A DNA stretch of 64,000 bases from an uncultured virus (IMG/VR IMGVR_UViG_3300046171_000301). Lineage: Duplodnaviria; Heunggongvirae; Uroviricota; Caudoviricetes. A program made the position numbers and the translations under genes. Of this stretch, positions 1-9,813 are shown piece by piece (position 1 is the first letter of the stretch; the number at the start of each line of letters is the position of its first letter). Location: the IMG/VR virus record IMGVR_UViG_3300046171_000301; one strand, written 5' to 3'. The notes beneath the pieces were generated by a model that was not told where the DNA came from, searched no databases, and saw nothing but the letters and a program-made list of their open reading frames with translations.

Positions 1-396
1 AATACCCTCAGTACCCGACTTGTCGGTTGAACAAAAAAAATAAACTAGTGACTACGCTTGTGTCACCTACGTTGTATTGATGTTCACTCATTCACTAACG
101 TTCATTCGTTCACGTTTGTACGTGTGTTCGTGAACTCAAGTTTCACTTTCGTGTTCACTCACGTTTGTTCGCTGTAGTTTTAATTACTGTTACACTTTCG
201 TAACATAACTAAAGATCTACAGCTCACGTTTGTCATCGCATTATATCTCTAACTTACTTCGTTCGTTGATACTAATGTCGCTGACTCACGCATATACTTA
301 TATGCTACACGACACGTGGGTACCTTCGGTATTTAACAGCCAACAGCCACACGCCTAACGGCGTGAGTGTGATGTGTGTTCTCACTGTAATCACAC

Positions 397-537
397 ATGT
401 ATCAACTGTTTGTTGAACGCAACGGCCATGTATCACGCATGAGTTATCCACCCATGTCCTACGAAAGAGCTATCGCTATTCGTGAACGGTATCAGCGTGA
501 TTGGCCATGGTTTAAATACTGGGTATCCCTCGGCTAA
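397..537 (+). CDS. small hypothetical protein (46 aa, MYQLFVERNG...), absent from ORF track
   Basis: Hand-translated open frame; its TAA stop is the loop of the first hairpin repeat. Confidence 0.55.
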   Translation: MYQLFVERNGHVSRMSYPPMSYERAIAIRERYQRDWPWFKYWVSLG

Positions 538-575
538 TGCCGGGGGTTTTTTCTTGTGCAATATACATTTCACTT

Positions 576-734
576 ATGGATTTCGACTACATAGACACTC
601 TTCGTGCACGTCTTGCACATGCTGAAGAGCAACTCATGATCGCTGACACTATGTCACAACAGTGTTACTGGGGTAACAAGTGTGATCAACTTGAGGCTTC
701 TATTAAAGCTATTAACTTTATAGAGGCTCTTTGA
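576..734 (+). CDS. small hypothetical early protein
   Basis: ORF track 537..734; internal ATG downstream of the hairpin is the more plausible start. Confidence 0.65.
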   Translation: MDFDYIDTLRARLAHAEEQLMIADTMSQQCYWGNKCDQLEASIKAINFIEAL

Positions 735-736
735 TC

Positions 737-859
737 ATGATTGCATTTGATTCTCAAACGATCATCCTTGCTGTTATCGGCATGGTCGGCTTGTTTGCTA
801 CCGCAACAGTCGTCAGCTATGCCTTTAAACGCAACAAGACAGGTACTGGACAGTACTAG
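737..859 (+). CDS. small membrane protein (40 aa, MIAFDSQTIILAVIG...)
   Basis: Hand-translated; one hydrophobic helix followed by a basic tail; ends just before a hairpin repeat. Confidence 0.6.
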   Translation: MIAFDSQTIILAVIGMVGLFATATVVSYAFKRNKTGTGQY

Positions 860-914
860 GACATACGCCGGCTAACGCCGGCTCTCCGTTTTGATGTTCT
901 TTATCTAAACGAAC

Positions 915-1079
915 ATGTCCGCTATCAAACACCTTCTCGAAGACAAGCTTGAGTTTGACGCCGAGATGGAACTCGAAGGTGAGCTCAACCCATGGGATGA
1001 CCCTGAGGTTATCGCTGAGCTTCATCGACTAGCAGACGAAAATCATCGGGCACAACAGATTCGTCGTCAGCCCTTTTGA
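915..1079 (+). CDS. small acidic hypothetical protein (54 aa)
   Basis: Hand-translated; fills the space between two hairpin repeats. Confidence 0.65.
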   Translation: MSAIKHLLEDKLEFDAEMELEGELNPWDDPEVIAELHRLADENHRAQQIRRQPF

Positions 1080-1138
1080 TTATCTTCCCTCGGTTAACAC
1101 CGGGGGTTTTTCGTCGTGTACTTCTTAACTTTACAGTT

Positions 1139-1294
1139 ATGAACTTTGACGACATGTTCCTCATCCCTAATGGCATGAATCAAGCTTCTGACATCAAGAC
1201 TTGGCTTGACGTTCGCTTGACTGCACTTCAGGATCCTGAGGAAGACTGTATGTCTACCTATGACGAGGAGGACACCCGTCCTATCCTCTTTTAA
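1139..1294 (+). CDS. small acidic hypothetical protein
   Basis: ORF between hairpin repeats, ATG at 1139. Confidence 0.65.
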   Translation: MNFDDMFLIPNGMNQASDIKTWLDVRLTALQDPEEDCMSTYDEEDTRPILF

Positions 1295-1370
1295 CTGCAG
1301 GTGGGGTCGGCTAACGCCGGCCCTTACCTTCATTGCCCCATAGGGCGATTGTTAAACATAGGAGACACTC

Positions 1371-1580
1371 ATGCGTTTCAAAATTCCTGGTCGGAATACA
1401 AACGTTCGTCTTTTCGAACGTGTCGAGACCACTGATCCCCAATACGACATCTTTGATGTAGGTATTGAGTACGAAGATGGTTCGATTGACTCACTCGTCG
1501 TACCGGGTAGCGGCTCGTACGCATCAGCTAAGGCATTCGTCAACCGTATTGACGAGAAGGCTGAGGCTGAAGTGCAGTAA
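1371..1580 (+). CDS. hypothetical protein
   Basis: AGGAG RBS upstream; lies between hairpin repeats. Confidence 0.75.
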   Translation: MRFKIPGRNTNVRLFERVETTDPQYDIFDVGIEYEDGSIDSLVVPGSGSYASAKAFVNRIDEKAEAEVQ

Positions 1581-1773
1581 CAGCTGCATAATCACCTCGC
1601 CGGCTTACGCCGGCTTATTTTTGTTTTTCCTGCAGCTTCCATGAATCCAGAAATGCTTCGGACATATGCGGTGTAGATATTACTTCTCTACTGACGCTTC
1701 GTCCAGCAACTACAGCTGACCATGGTGCATACAAAGGTCCCTGATAGTCTTTCTTTTTAGATTGATCGTGCAT

Positions 1774-2538
1774 TTATCTGAGGTTAAATGGACGTCGTGC
1801 ACTTCCGTACTCTTTACGATCATAATCAGTCTTTCGGCGATCTGGGGCACCTTTGCTTGCCATCAACAGTGCAGTTGCTTCAGGACTTCCTGCAAGTCTG
1901 CGGAACTCACTTCTGTCAGGTGCAGGGACATCCCGTTGGCCTCCACGTCTGTATCTCTCACCCGTATTGGGGTCTGTCCGATAGCTATCGTCTTCAGACG
2001 TACGGTATGGAGATTCATACTCTTCTTCAACAACGTCAGCAGCTGGATATTCCAGATTCATCTCTCTTTCCATAGCATGCTTACGTCCTAACTGATGCGC
2101 TGCACTATTAGCTGCACCGAATCCTCCCCCTACTAGACCAGCTGCCATGATGGTATCCATCGGGCTTAAATCAAGCTGACCTGGCTCCTGCATATCTGCT
2201 GGTCCACCTGTTTGTGTCATGAATGCATTAGTAAGTGCACTTAGACCCATTCCAGCTGCTGTGGCAGGCAAAGCGTATTTGGGTACAGCATTGATTGCTG
2301 GTGCTGCATGGGCTACTACACGTTCCACGCCTGTGAATGCTGGATCCCCAGCTTCAGGCTGTAAAGGACCACGCAGCGAAGGCATACCACCCCCCAGGGT
2401 GTGTCCGAAGCCTTTGACTGCACGTCCTACCCCGTTGTCGGGTAAACGGTCGTATTGATCGCTAATAAACTTAGAATATTGATCATCTTTCTCAGCTAAA
2501 AAGTCTCCCGCACGGCGGAGGTTCTTACGGATATCCAT
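1774..2538 (-). CDS. hypothetical protein, Gly/Ala-rich, possibly virion-associated
   Basis: Long minus-strand ORF; likely start MDIRKNL at 2538. Confidence 0.7.
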   Translation of the reverse strand: MDIRKNLRRAGDFLAEKDDQYSKFISDQYDRLPDNGVGRAVKGFGHTLGGGMPSLRGPLQPEAGDPAFTGVERVVAHAAPAINAVPKYALPATAAGMGLSALTNAFMTQTGGPADMQEPGQLDLSPMDTIMAAGLVGGGFGAANSAAHQLGRKHAMEREMNLEYPAADVVEEEYESPYRTSEDDSYRTDPNTGERYRRGGQRDVPAPDRSEFRRLAGSPEATALLMASKGAPDRRKTDYDRKEYGSARRPFNLR

Positions 2539-2587
2539 GAGCTCAGAGTTACAATATATATATTGTAAATGAAGCCACAATATTACT

Positions 2588-2764
2588 ATGCTTACCGTAT
2601 TACTGGCTTCAGTATTGCAACTAAATCTATTAACTTCATTTAATAACTGCAATGAAGTTCAAGCAATACTTTCAGAGAATGTAGAATCAGGATACATAAG
2701 CAAAAGAGAGGCTGATAAAATTTTAAGAAACTGCCGTAAATATCAAAAGAGATCTGCCGGATAA
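2588..2764 (+). CDS. small hypothetical protein with signal-peptide-like N-terminus (58 aa)
   Basis: Hand-translated; TAA stop is a hairpin-repeat loop. Confidence 0.5.
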   Translation: MLTVLLASVLQLNLLTSFNNCNEVQAILSENVESGYISKREADKILRNCRKYQKRSAG

Positions 2765-3190
2765 CTCCGGCTTCACTAACGATTGTATGAATGAAAAGCA
2801 AGTAGCTCCGCTTGGCCGAATCAAGCACTATGACCCCCGTAGGTCATTTCGTCGTATGGACGTATGTCCAAGATATAACTCTTCCAAACGCTGTCATTTC
2901 AGAGTTGTAGAAGACGAAAAAGGTTGGACAGCTGATTTAGACTGACTCAGTACTAAATTTACAATATAAGATGGCTCTTATAGCCAAATAACAACACTGT
3001 CGGCTAACACCGGCAGTTACAATTGATGTTCGATAATCATTTATGATTAACAACAGCGCTTTTTCAACTAAAGATTCACAACCTTTGACACGAGAAAAAG
3101 CTTTTGAACTTTTGAGAAGTATGTCGAAAGACAAGTTTCTTCAAAAGTTACATATCGATCACTTCAACAACTTAAACATAACCTCAAACA

Positions 3191-3316
3191 ATGGCCGTAT
3201 TTACTAAATCAGGTAATTTTGTCTCTAAGGCCAAGTTTAAAAAGACCCATCAAGGTAATTCCTGTAACTCCAAGCCTCGCAAAGGCAAGAAGTTATTGAG
3301 AGGTCAAGGCAAATAA
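3191..3316 (+). CDS. small basic protein (KKTHQG...RGQGK)
   Basis: Hand-translated 41 aa; resembles a common short basic cyanophage protein. Confidence 0.6.
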   Translation: MAVFTKSGNFVSKAKFKKTHQGNSCNSKPRKGKKLLRGQGK

Positions 3317-3371
3317 CAACCCTGCCGGATAACTCCGGCTCGGTTTTTTGATCGTTCTTCTCAGCAATACC

Positions 3372-3584
3372 ATGTCTGTGAATTTTGACTTTGAAATCAT
3401 CGATCGCTCCGGTGTAGCCGGTATCTCTCTTATCGTTGCTCGCAATGAAGATGCATTCCGCTATCTCACTGACGAGGCCGATATGTGCATCATGGACGAC
3501 GGCTCTGCGCCGCTCGCTACTGAGCATGTTGGAGATTTTATCTCTGATGCATCATGGGCTCACCTTTGCTGTGAGTATGCATGA
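3372..3584 (+). CDS. hypothetical protein
   Basis: ORF downstream of a hairpin repeat. Confidence 0.7.
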   Translation: MSVNFDFEIIDRSGVAGISLIVARNEDAFRYLTDEADMCIMDDGSAPLATEHVGDFISDASWAHLCCEYA

Positions 3585-3741
3585 TGGCCAACACGCCTAA
3601 CTGGATGCATCATTCCAGTAAGCAACAGAAGAGAAAGCTCAAGCCTGCGGCCCTGCGGGCTCGTAAGGCTGCATTGAAAGCTTTAAAGCGTAAATTGGCC
3701 GGTTAACTCCGGCTGTATTTTTTCTTGTTCTTTAAACCATA

Positions 3742-4125
3742 TTGATGGAAATCCCAAACGGTATCTCTACTGCTGATCTTGCTAGCTTGCTAGAGGATGC
3801 ACCTGATGAGAATACCTGCAATTGTTCAGATTCTAATCGTCTTTCCCAAGCACAAATCGAAGAAATTGCTTGTGATGTCCTTGACTCTGTCATGGACGAA
3901 TTGAATTCTGAAGATTGCACATTAGTTCACAAAGTCATTTGTCTAATGGCAATTAGTCGATTCAAGCTTTGGCATGAATCTCTTGCTGAAAACATGATTG
4001 AGGAGGGCATCCCCTTCGATCTTGTCAAAGGGTGGCTCTTCGACGCTGGCAAGCTTCAAGCTTGTGGACAGCTTCTGCAGTCCGTCAGCGTTTCTGACGA
4101 TGATTTCACTTGTGCTCATGCGTAA
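3742..4125 (+). CDS. acidic hypothetical protein
   Basis: ORF track; follows a hairpin repeat. Confidence 0.75.
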   Translation: MMEIPNGISTADLASLLEDAPDENTCNCSDSNRLSQAQIEEIACDVLDSVMDELNSEDCTLVHKVICLMAISRFKLWHESLAENMIEEGIPFDLVKGWLFDAGKLQACGQLLQSVSVSDDDFTCAHA

Positions 4126-4333
4126 AGTTGAAATCAGAGTTAACGAGCCCCCTCTTACTCGTTTTGTGGTGTCTGTCTCAACTGATGAAGAGACACCTGA
4201 GTGGCTAGAAGCCTCAGCCTTCAATACTTCTAAAGAAGTGAAAGAGTTTCTTATGGTTCTTGGGGTCTTTGACCCTGAGAAACCTGGTGACCCAATGTGG
4301 CCAGGTGATCCAATCAACCGAAAGCTTGACTGA
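4118..4333 (+). CDS. hypothetical protein
   Basis: ATG overlaps the upstream gene end; ends before a hairpin repeat. Confidence 0.65.
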   Translation: MRKVEIRVNEPPLTRFVVSVSTDEETPEWLEASAFNTSKEVKEFLMVLGVFDPEKPGDPMWPGDPINRKLD

Positions 4334-4387
4334 GACAATGCCGGCTAACGCCGGCTTTCTCTTCAGTGTTCACTTGAGTATCTACTC

Positions 4388-4567
4388 ATGTCTACTACTG
4401 AGTTACGTGCGTTCCCCCCTGTCTCCGATACTGTTGACTATGTCAAGCAGATCGACTGGCAGGACGTCCGTAACCGCCTCCGCAAAGGCGTCAACCTCAC
4501 TGGAGTCGCAATCGCTGTTGTAGGCGAAAAACTCCACGACCTCGGCACCTTCCTCGGCAATGTCTGA
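4388..4567 (+). CDS. hypothetical protein (59 aa, MSTTELRAF...)
   Basis: Hand-translated; overlaps start of the next ORF. Confidence 0.65.
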   Translation: MSTTELRAFPPVSDTVDYVKQIDWQDVRNRLRKGVNLTGVAIAVVGEKLHDLGTFLGNV

Positions 4568-4808
4568 TTTCATCACACGTTTCTTTGAGGAAAAAGACCT
4601 GGATAACCAGGTTTACGAGGTCACAAGTGCTAACGGTACCCACAACATTCTCTCTACAGACGATGTTGTATGGGCACTTAAGCAAACCTCTGGAACAGAA
4701 CGACAATCCATTGAACGAGTTTTACGTGAACTTGATCGTCGTAATGGGGATGTTCATCACTTCTTGAGACACATGGCTCAAGGTGTAGCCATCTCTCTTC
4801 CATTTTGA
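4560..4808 (+). CDS. hypothetical protein
   Basis: ORF track. Confidence 0.75.
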   Translation: MSDFITRFFEEKDLDNQVYEVTSANGTHNILSTDDVVWALKQTSGTERQSIERVLRELDRRNGDVHHFLRHMAQGVAISLPF

Positions 4809-4880
4809 ACTACTGGGTCGGTTAACACCGGCCCTTTTTTGATGTGGCCATTAGGCCGTAAACCGTAGATGTGATATCAC

Positions 4881-5099
4881 ATGATGTACACCCAGAAATC
4901 TCGTTGCCCTGTAACCGGACGTCTGTCCCGTAAGCGCAACCGATTCCATAGTGCAGAAGCCGAGCGTCAATATAACGCACGTCTTGGTACCGCAAGGCTG
5001 GTACGCAAGATCCTCCCTCGCAATGGCCATACCATCAAGTATTTGATGGATTATCGCCAAGCTGAGCTGGATACTCTCCGCAGTCTTCTGACTGATTGA
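4881..5099 (+). CDS. basic hypothetical protein
   Basis: ORF between hairpin repeats. Confidence 0.65.
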   Translation: MMYTQKSRCPVTGRLSRKRNRFHSAEAERQYNARLGTARLVRKILPRNGHTIKYLMDYRQAELDTLRSLLTD

Positions 5100-5154
5100 G
5101 ACCTTGGTCGGCTAACGCCGGCCTTTTTTCTCATTGTTCATTTTTTAAATTTCA

Positions 5155-5649
5155 ATGACCGAATTCACCAACTACGTCCAGTTCAACCAAGTGACCGTCA
5201 CCGGTCGCATTGCTAAGGCCGAAGTGGTTACTTCTAAGCGTGACAACGGTCAGTTTCTGGCTGTGACTGTTCTCACTACTCTGACCACAAACGGTCAGAC
5301 GTGTGCTTTCACATTCACTGACAACAATGGTCTCCTTAGCTTGCACAACACAGGTTATCTGCCTGTTGGTCGTCAAGTCACTGTCTCCGGCCACATTGCC
5401 GGTGTTAAAGAGACTTACGTCGACAATGCAGGCAACATCAACTTGTTGTCCACTCCTCAGATCAAGCTCTCTGGACCAATGATTCCTGATGGCGGCCTTG
5501 GTGCAATGCCCAAGGACAAGACAGCTGTTGTCTCCAAATCCACAGTGATCCGTCCGTCTGATGCAAACGCACAGGCTACGGCCCCTGTTGATGAAGCGCC
5601 TCAGCTGGCAACAGCCGGTGCTGGCAATGATCAGATCAAAGATTTCTGA
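5155..5649 (+). CDS. putative single-stranded DNA-binding protein (OB fold)
   Basis: NQVTVTGRI and GRQVTVSG SSB-like strands, disordered tail ending DF. Confidence 0.6.
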   Translation: MTEFTNYVQFNQVTVTGRIAKAEVVTSKRDNGQFLAVTVLTTLTTNGQTCAFTFTDNNGLLSLHNTGYLPVGRQVTVSGHIAGVKETYVDNAGNINLLSTPQIKLSGPMIPDGGLGAMPKDKTAVVSKSTVIRPSDANAQATAPVDEAPQLATAGAGNDQIKDF

Positions 5650-5720
5650 TAAAAGACTCCCTCCGGATTACTCCGGGGGGTTTTTTTATTTTCTAGAATA
5701 CGGACATCCGAGGACATCAT

Positions 5721-5960
5721 ATGTATGAACAATTTCAAGGCCCAGAATGGATTCAATGTCCTCTGGAGCCCTACCAAATAGTTAAGTCACGCTTTGGCCT
5801 TTATACCAGTATTGACACTAAAGGTACACGCATGACTACTGCTATGACAGAAGAGGCGTGCAAACTAGTTACTGAAGATATTCATTTGCCTGTTAGGCAC
5901 GGTTGTTATGACGGATGGGTCTCTAAAGGACGTTCTTCGTCTGTTGATGGAAAGCTTTAA
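5721..5960 (+). CDS. hypothetical protein
   Basis: GAGG RBS; ORF track. Confidence 0.7.
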   Translation: MYEQFQGPEWIQCPLEPYQIVKSRFGLYTSIDTKGTRMTTAMTEEACKLVTEDIHLPVRHGCYDGWVSKGRSSSVDGKL

Positions 5961-6760
5961 TGCTTTTTACCATTACCATTACCATTACCATTCATAGCTT
6001 TCCCAATAATTGCGGGTGCTCCGCCAGTATTAACAACAACAGTTTTGGTATTATCACTATCTATTCGTGAATCCCGTCCTGATTCTTGCTTAATTAAACT
6101 AATTAATTCATTTAATTTATCTTCCGCAAATTTATCTGCTGTATTTTCCATTCCCTCAGTTTCATACATAGATCTAGCTTTTCGTCCAGCTTTAATAGCA
6201 TTTCTCCATTGATCTTGACGTAGATAAGCATCGTCTATTATTTCCTTAGCAGTAGAAGCTGCGTAAGGTAAATATTCACGCGCAATGATCTCTAGCTCAT
6301 CAATAGTTGGATTGACCAATTCTTTCGTTAGTAATTTGTTAATTCCCATGTTTTGAATAAACTTGTTATTCGGTGATGGCTGCACTCCTAACTCGCGGTA
6401 ATGCCTATGCACATCATCATGCAATGGTTTACTGATATACATGGTTCCCTTTGGGTTACTACTTAAATTCAATTTAAGTTCATCACGAAATAAACTATTT
6501 AATCTTGCAATGTCATCCGGACTTTTTGCATGATCTAATATTAAACTTATTGTTTCTAATGGAATAATATGATGAAGCTTATCTTCAATATCACCTCTTA
6601 CAAAACTCAATGCAGTGTTATCACCTTGCATTAGTTTTTGAGCTTTATTATTTTCTACTTTGTATCCATTTGTAAATTGCATACCATAATTAGCCCTATT
6701 CTCACGAATAGTTCTATCTTTTGGAGCTGTTCTAGATGTTAATGGTTTATTTCTTGGCAC
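5957..6760 (-). CDS. hypothetical protein with HNH-like His motifs
   Basis: HHIIP...N...HDDVH pattern; AT-rich. Confidence 0.55.
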   Translation of the reverse strand: MPRNKPLTSRTAPKDRTIRENRANYGMQFTNGYKVENNKAQKLMQGDNTALSFVRGDIEDKLHHIIPLETISLILDHAKSPDDIARLNSLFRDELKLNLSSNPKGTMYISKPLHDDVHRHYRELGVQPSPNNKFIQNMGINKLLTKELVNPTIDELEIIAREYLPYAASTAKEIIDDAYLRQDQWRNAIKAGRKARSMYETEGMENTADKFAEDKLNELISLIKQESGRDSRIDSDNTKTVVVNTGGAPAIIGKAMNGNGNGNGKKH

Positions 6761-6886
6761 ATATGCCTATACCTTATGTTTACTCTTCTGTACTTATTTA
6801 AGTGGCATAAGATATTTCCTCCTCTAATAAGTTTATCTAATTCTTAATACTTACTAAGATAGATATAGTCGCCTTAACTAACTCTG

Positions 6887-7732
6887 ATGGGCAAGAAGAA
6901 AAAGTGGGCTAATTTAAGCCAAGCTCAAAAAGATAAGCACGGATCTAAGAAGGAGTGGGAGCAAGCTAAAAATAAAGCTGCTGCACGTAAAAACACTCCT
7001 GCTGAAAATCCTGCAAAGGCCGCTGCCCGGATTGTCAAAAATACAGGTGGCGCAAAATATAATCAGTTAAGTGACGTGCAGAAAACAAAAGTCGATCGCA
7101 AGACTTACAAACAAGCCAAACAAACACAATCAGTAACTCCTACTCCTTCCCCATCTCCTAACAAACCAAAAGCCGCTGCTGTACAACTTATAAATCAAGA
7201 TAAAGGTAAATTAAAAGAAAAAGATGCAGAAAGAATTGCTGGAGAGGCTGGACTGTCTGTCAATAAAATTATTAAGTTAGCTCAGAACAAAGTGAGCGAT
7301 AAAGTAATTGGCAAGAAACTAACTAAACCAACTTCTAATCAACCTGAGACTACTTCTACTCCTACTCCTACTCCTACAACACCGGGCGTAGAATCACCTG
7401 TTTATGGAAAAAGAATTGGAGCTCCTCCAGGAACAATGGGAACTCATGATTTTAAAGATAGTGACGGAGATAGCGTAGACGACCGACATCAATCAGGTGC
7501 AGGTATGCCTGACTCACGGTTTAAAACTCCCGAACAATCAACACAAGATTGGCAAGATGCTAAAACTAAAGCTACTGGATTCAAGGGTAAAGAAGCAAAG
7601 CCAGGTTATTCATATGAAGGCTCTAAATTTGATGCACAGTCATATATGCAAAATTTGACTGCTAACAATCAAACATGGCAAAACAAAGATAGACGGAAAG
7701 GCTCTACAAGCTATAACTTGAACCTAATGTAA
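6887..7732 (+). CDS. Lys/Pro/Thr-rich hypothetical protein
   Basis: 281-aa low-complexity ORF. Confidence 0.75.
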   Translation: MGKKKKWANLSQAQKDKHGSKKEWEQAKNKAAARKNTPAENPAKAAARIVKNTGGAKYNQLSDVQKTKVDRKTYKQAKQTQSVTPTPSPSPNKPKAAAVQLINQDKGKLKEKDAERIAGEAGLSVNKIIKLAQNKVSDKVIGKKLTKPTSNQPETTSTPTPTPTTPGVESPVYGKRIGAPPGTMGTHDFKDSDGDSVDDRHQSGAGMPDSRFKTPEQSTQDWQDAKTKATGFKGKEAKPGYSYEGSKFDAQSYMQNLTANNQTWQNKDRRKGSTSYNLNLM

Positions 7733-7898
7733 TGAATAATCAGAATTTAAATCCAGATATGTATCCTGGAATGAAAGATGATCCATATGGTTTTCCTATA
7801 AAAATGTCTACTGAAAAGTTGACAAAAAATGACTGGGTTGAGTATTATTATATTGAAGCAACTAGATATCAAGCTTTTATAAACTTCACTTCAAACAA

Positions 7899-8129
7899 AT
7901 GACTTGCAATAACTTTGATCACAAAGAAACTTCTGCGTATGGAACACGTAACTTCTACAAGAAAATGTTTGATGACTATCTTGCCGATGTAGGCGATGGC
8001 TATCATAATGCTGACAATCTTATTTTAGGTCTATTAGATTCAGCTTATGATTGGTTTGAATATCACGAAACTGCTGCTAAGCGATACAAAGGTTTCATAG
8101 AGAAAGCACAAGAGATCTGTAAAGATTGA
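7899..8129 (+). CDS. hypothetical protein
   Basis: ORF track. Confidence 0.7.
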   Translation: MTCNNFDHKETSAYGTRNFYKKMFDDYLADVGDGYHNADNLILGLLDSAYDWFEYHETAAKRYKGFIEKAQEICKD

Positions 8130-8478
8130 CAGATATGCCGGCTAACGCCGGCTTTATCTTTTGCGCTCACATTAATAGTGAGCTGTCCTATATCTACTGT
8201 GTTATGGCACTTGTAAAGCTTTCAGTGCAAATGAATGACGTTATTGTCACGACTTTGCGAAACCTCTCAGAGCAAGAATATCACTGTCCAGATACACTCA
8301 AAATGATTGCTGATGTTCTCGAACGCAGCAAAGAAGACAGTATTATTATGAATGAGTCCGAAGAAGAACAGCGTCAGGACTCCTCCAAGAAGGTTTCAAG
8401 TGTTTTTGCTGTTTCCGCTTGAGTAATTAACCGGGGTGCCAACTGGTGCCCCCACCCTTTCATTTATATCATTGACTC

Positions 8479-8754
8479 ATGACTTTTAAAAAGCCTAAAA
8501 AAACTGATCCCCTTACTCTTGATGAAATGCAAGAGGCAACAGACTTATTTATTGAGCGTTTTATGATTGTAAAATCTAGAATGCCTAAAGATTCCACTAC
8601 TGAAGATGCATTGAAAGTAATGGAAAACGTAGCAAAGCTTGGACATAAACGTCGCGCTGATAAAGCTGAAGAAACACGATTAGAAAGGTTTGGTTTTGTC
8701 AAAAATGCCGAACTAGATGCTATTGACGCAGCTCTAGATAAAATTTCTTTTTAA
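8479..8754 (+). CDS. hypothetical protein
   Basis: ORF track. Confidence 0.7.
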   Translation: MTFKKPKKTDPLTLDEMQEATDLFIERFMIVKSRMPKDSTTEDALKVMENVAKLGHKRRADKAEETRLERFGFVKNAELDAIDAALDKISF

Positions 8755-9082
8755 TTATCTAGACATACTTAAAGCCATGTCGATTGCAATCTTGGCAGTA
8801 GATCCCATGAGCCTGCCTTCAGATTGCTTTTTTGCCATTATGTGCTCACGTACAAGAAATCCTAATAAAGGATCTTGAGGAGTAAGGCTTTGTTCAGGAC
8901 CCCATCCAACTGGCTGTATGAAAAACAAACCAGCGTGAGCAATGCACTTCCATCCAATGTCTACAAAGCCTAATTCACGGAGAGCGCATTCAAGCTTTAA
9001 TGAATGACATGCCTCTTCTAAACACATATCAACTCATAGATAGCTATATTATTAATTGTAAAAAAGTATTGATACTTTACTC

Positions 9083-9736
9083 GTGAAAATCTTTTTAGAC
9101 AGCAGTGATATCAAAACTATTGAGCGTCACTATGACACTGGTTTAATCGACGGTGTTACTACTAATCCAACACTTGTCAGACAATCAGGCAAGGACCCAG
9201 AGTCTCTTTATTCTGAACTCGTTAATCTTGGCATTCCTGACATCAGTATGGAAGTCAGTGGTACTACTGGCGAGATGATTGACGAAGGATTGCGTCTGCA
9301 AGAAGTTTTTGGTGATCCTGTGACTGTCAAATTACCCATGACTCCTCAGGGCCTAACGGCCTGCCGCGAACTTTCTGAAGAAAACATCAGGACAAACGTT
9401 ACCTTGATCTTCACTCCGGCTCAAGCTGTTCTTGCAGCTAAGGCTGGTGCAACCTATGTCTCACCCTTTGTTGGACGTGTGGACGATCAAGGGTTCGCTG
9501 GCCTTGAAGTTGTACGAGCCATTGTCGATCTCTATCGTAGGCACGGAGTACAAACTGATGTACTAGCAGCTTCAATCCGAAGTGTTCAACGCGCTGTTCG
9601 TTCATTCTTCAATGGTGCTGACATTGTCACAATGCCACCCAAAGTATTTGAAGGCATGTATAAGCACATGCTCACTGATAAAGGGTTAGAGATCTTTGAA
9701 AATGATTTGAAATCAATTGCTAGTTCAGGGGTCTAG
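9083..9736 (+). CDS. talC: transaldolase (TalC/FSA family)
   Basis: IFLD, GVTTNP, VKLP Schiff-base Lys, NVTLIF, YVSPFVGR, LAASIR motifs. Confidence 0.97.
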   Translation: MKIFLDSSDIKTIERHYDTGLIDGVTTNPTLVRQSGKDPESLYSELVNLGIPDISMEVSGTTGEMIDEGLRLQEVFGDPVTVKLPMTPQGLTACRELSEENIRTNVTLIFTPAQAVLAAKAGATYVSPFVGRVDDQGFAGLEVVRAIVDLYRRHGVQTDVLAASIRSVQRAVRSFFNGADIVTMPPKVFEGMYKHMLTDKGLEIFENDLKSIASSGV

Positions 9737-9799
9737 CAATCTGGTGAATGCAGCAAACTCATAATTTGCCTAAGGCGAGTTCGATCCTCGCGACCCTTA
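9727..9799 (+). tRNA. tRNA with CAT anticodon (Met or lysidine-modified Ile2)
   Basis: Cloverleaf; anticodon arm GCAAA-CTCATAA-TTTGC; T-arm GCGAG-TTCGATC-CTCGC. Confidence 0.88.
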
Positions 9800-9813
9800 C
9801 TGCATTTAACTAA

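Noticed and set aside
867..882. Resemblance of the hairpin motif to the 16S rRNA segment CCGGCTAACTCCG
   Set aside because: Only about 12 nt with no flanking rRNA similarity; probably coincidence
527..5680. Hairpin repeats as a CRISPR array
   Set aside because: Spacing is irregular (200 to over 1000 bp), spacers are genes, and no cas operon is present
7355..7380. ACTCCT tandem repeats, and TTACCA repeats at 5967-5990
   Set aside because: Simple coding repeats for TP and NG low-complexity linkers
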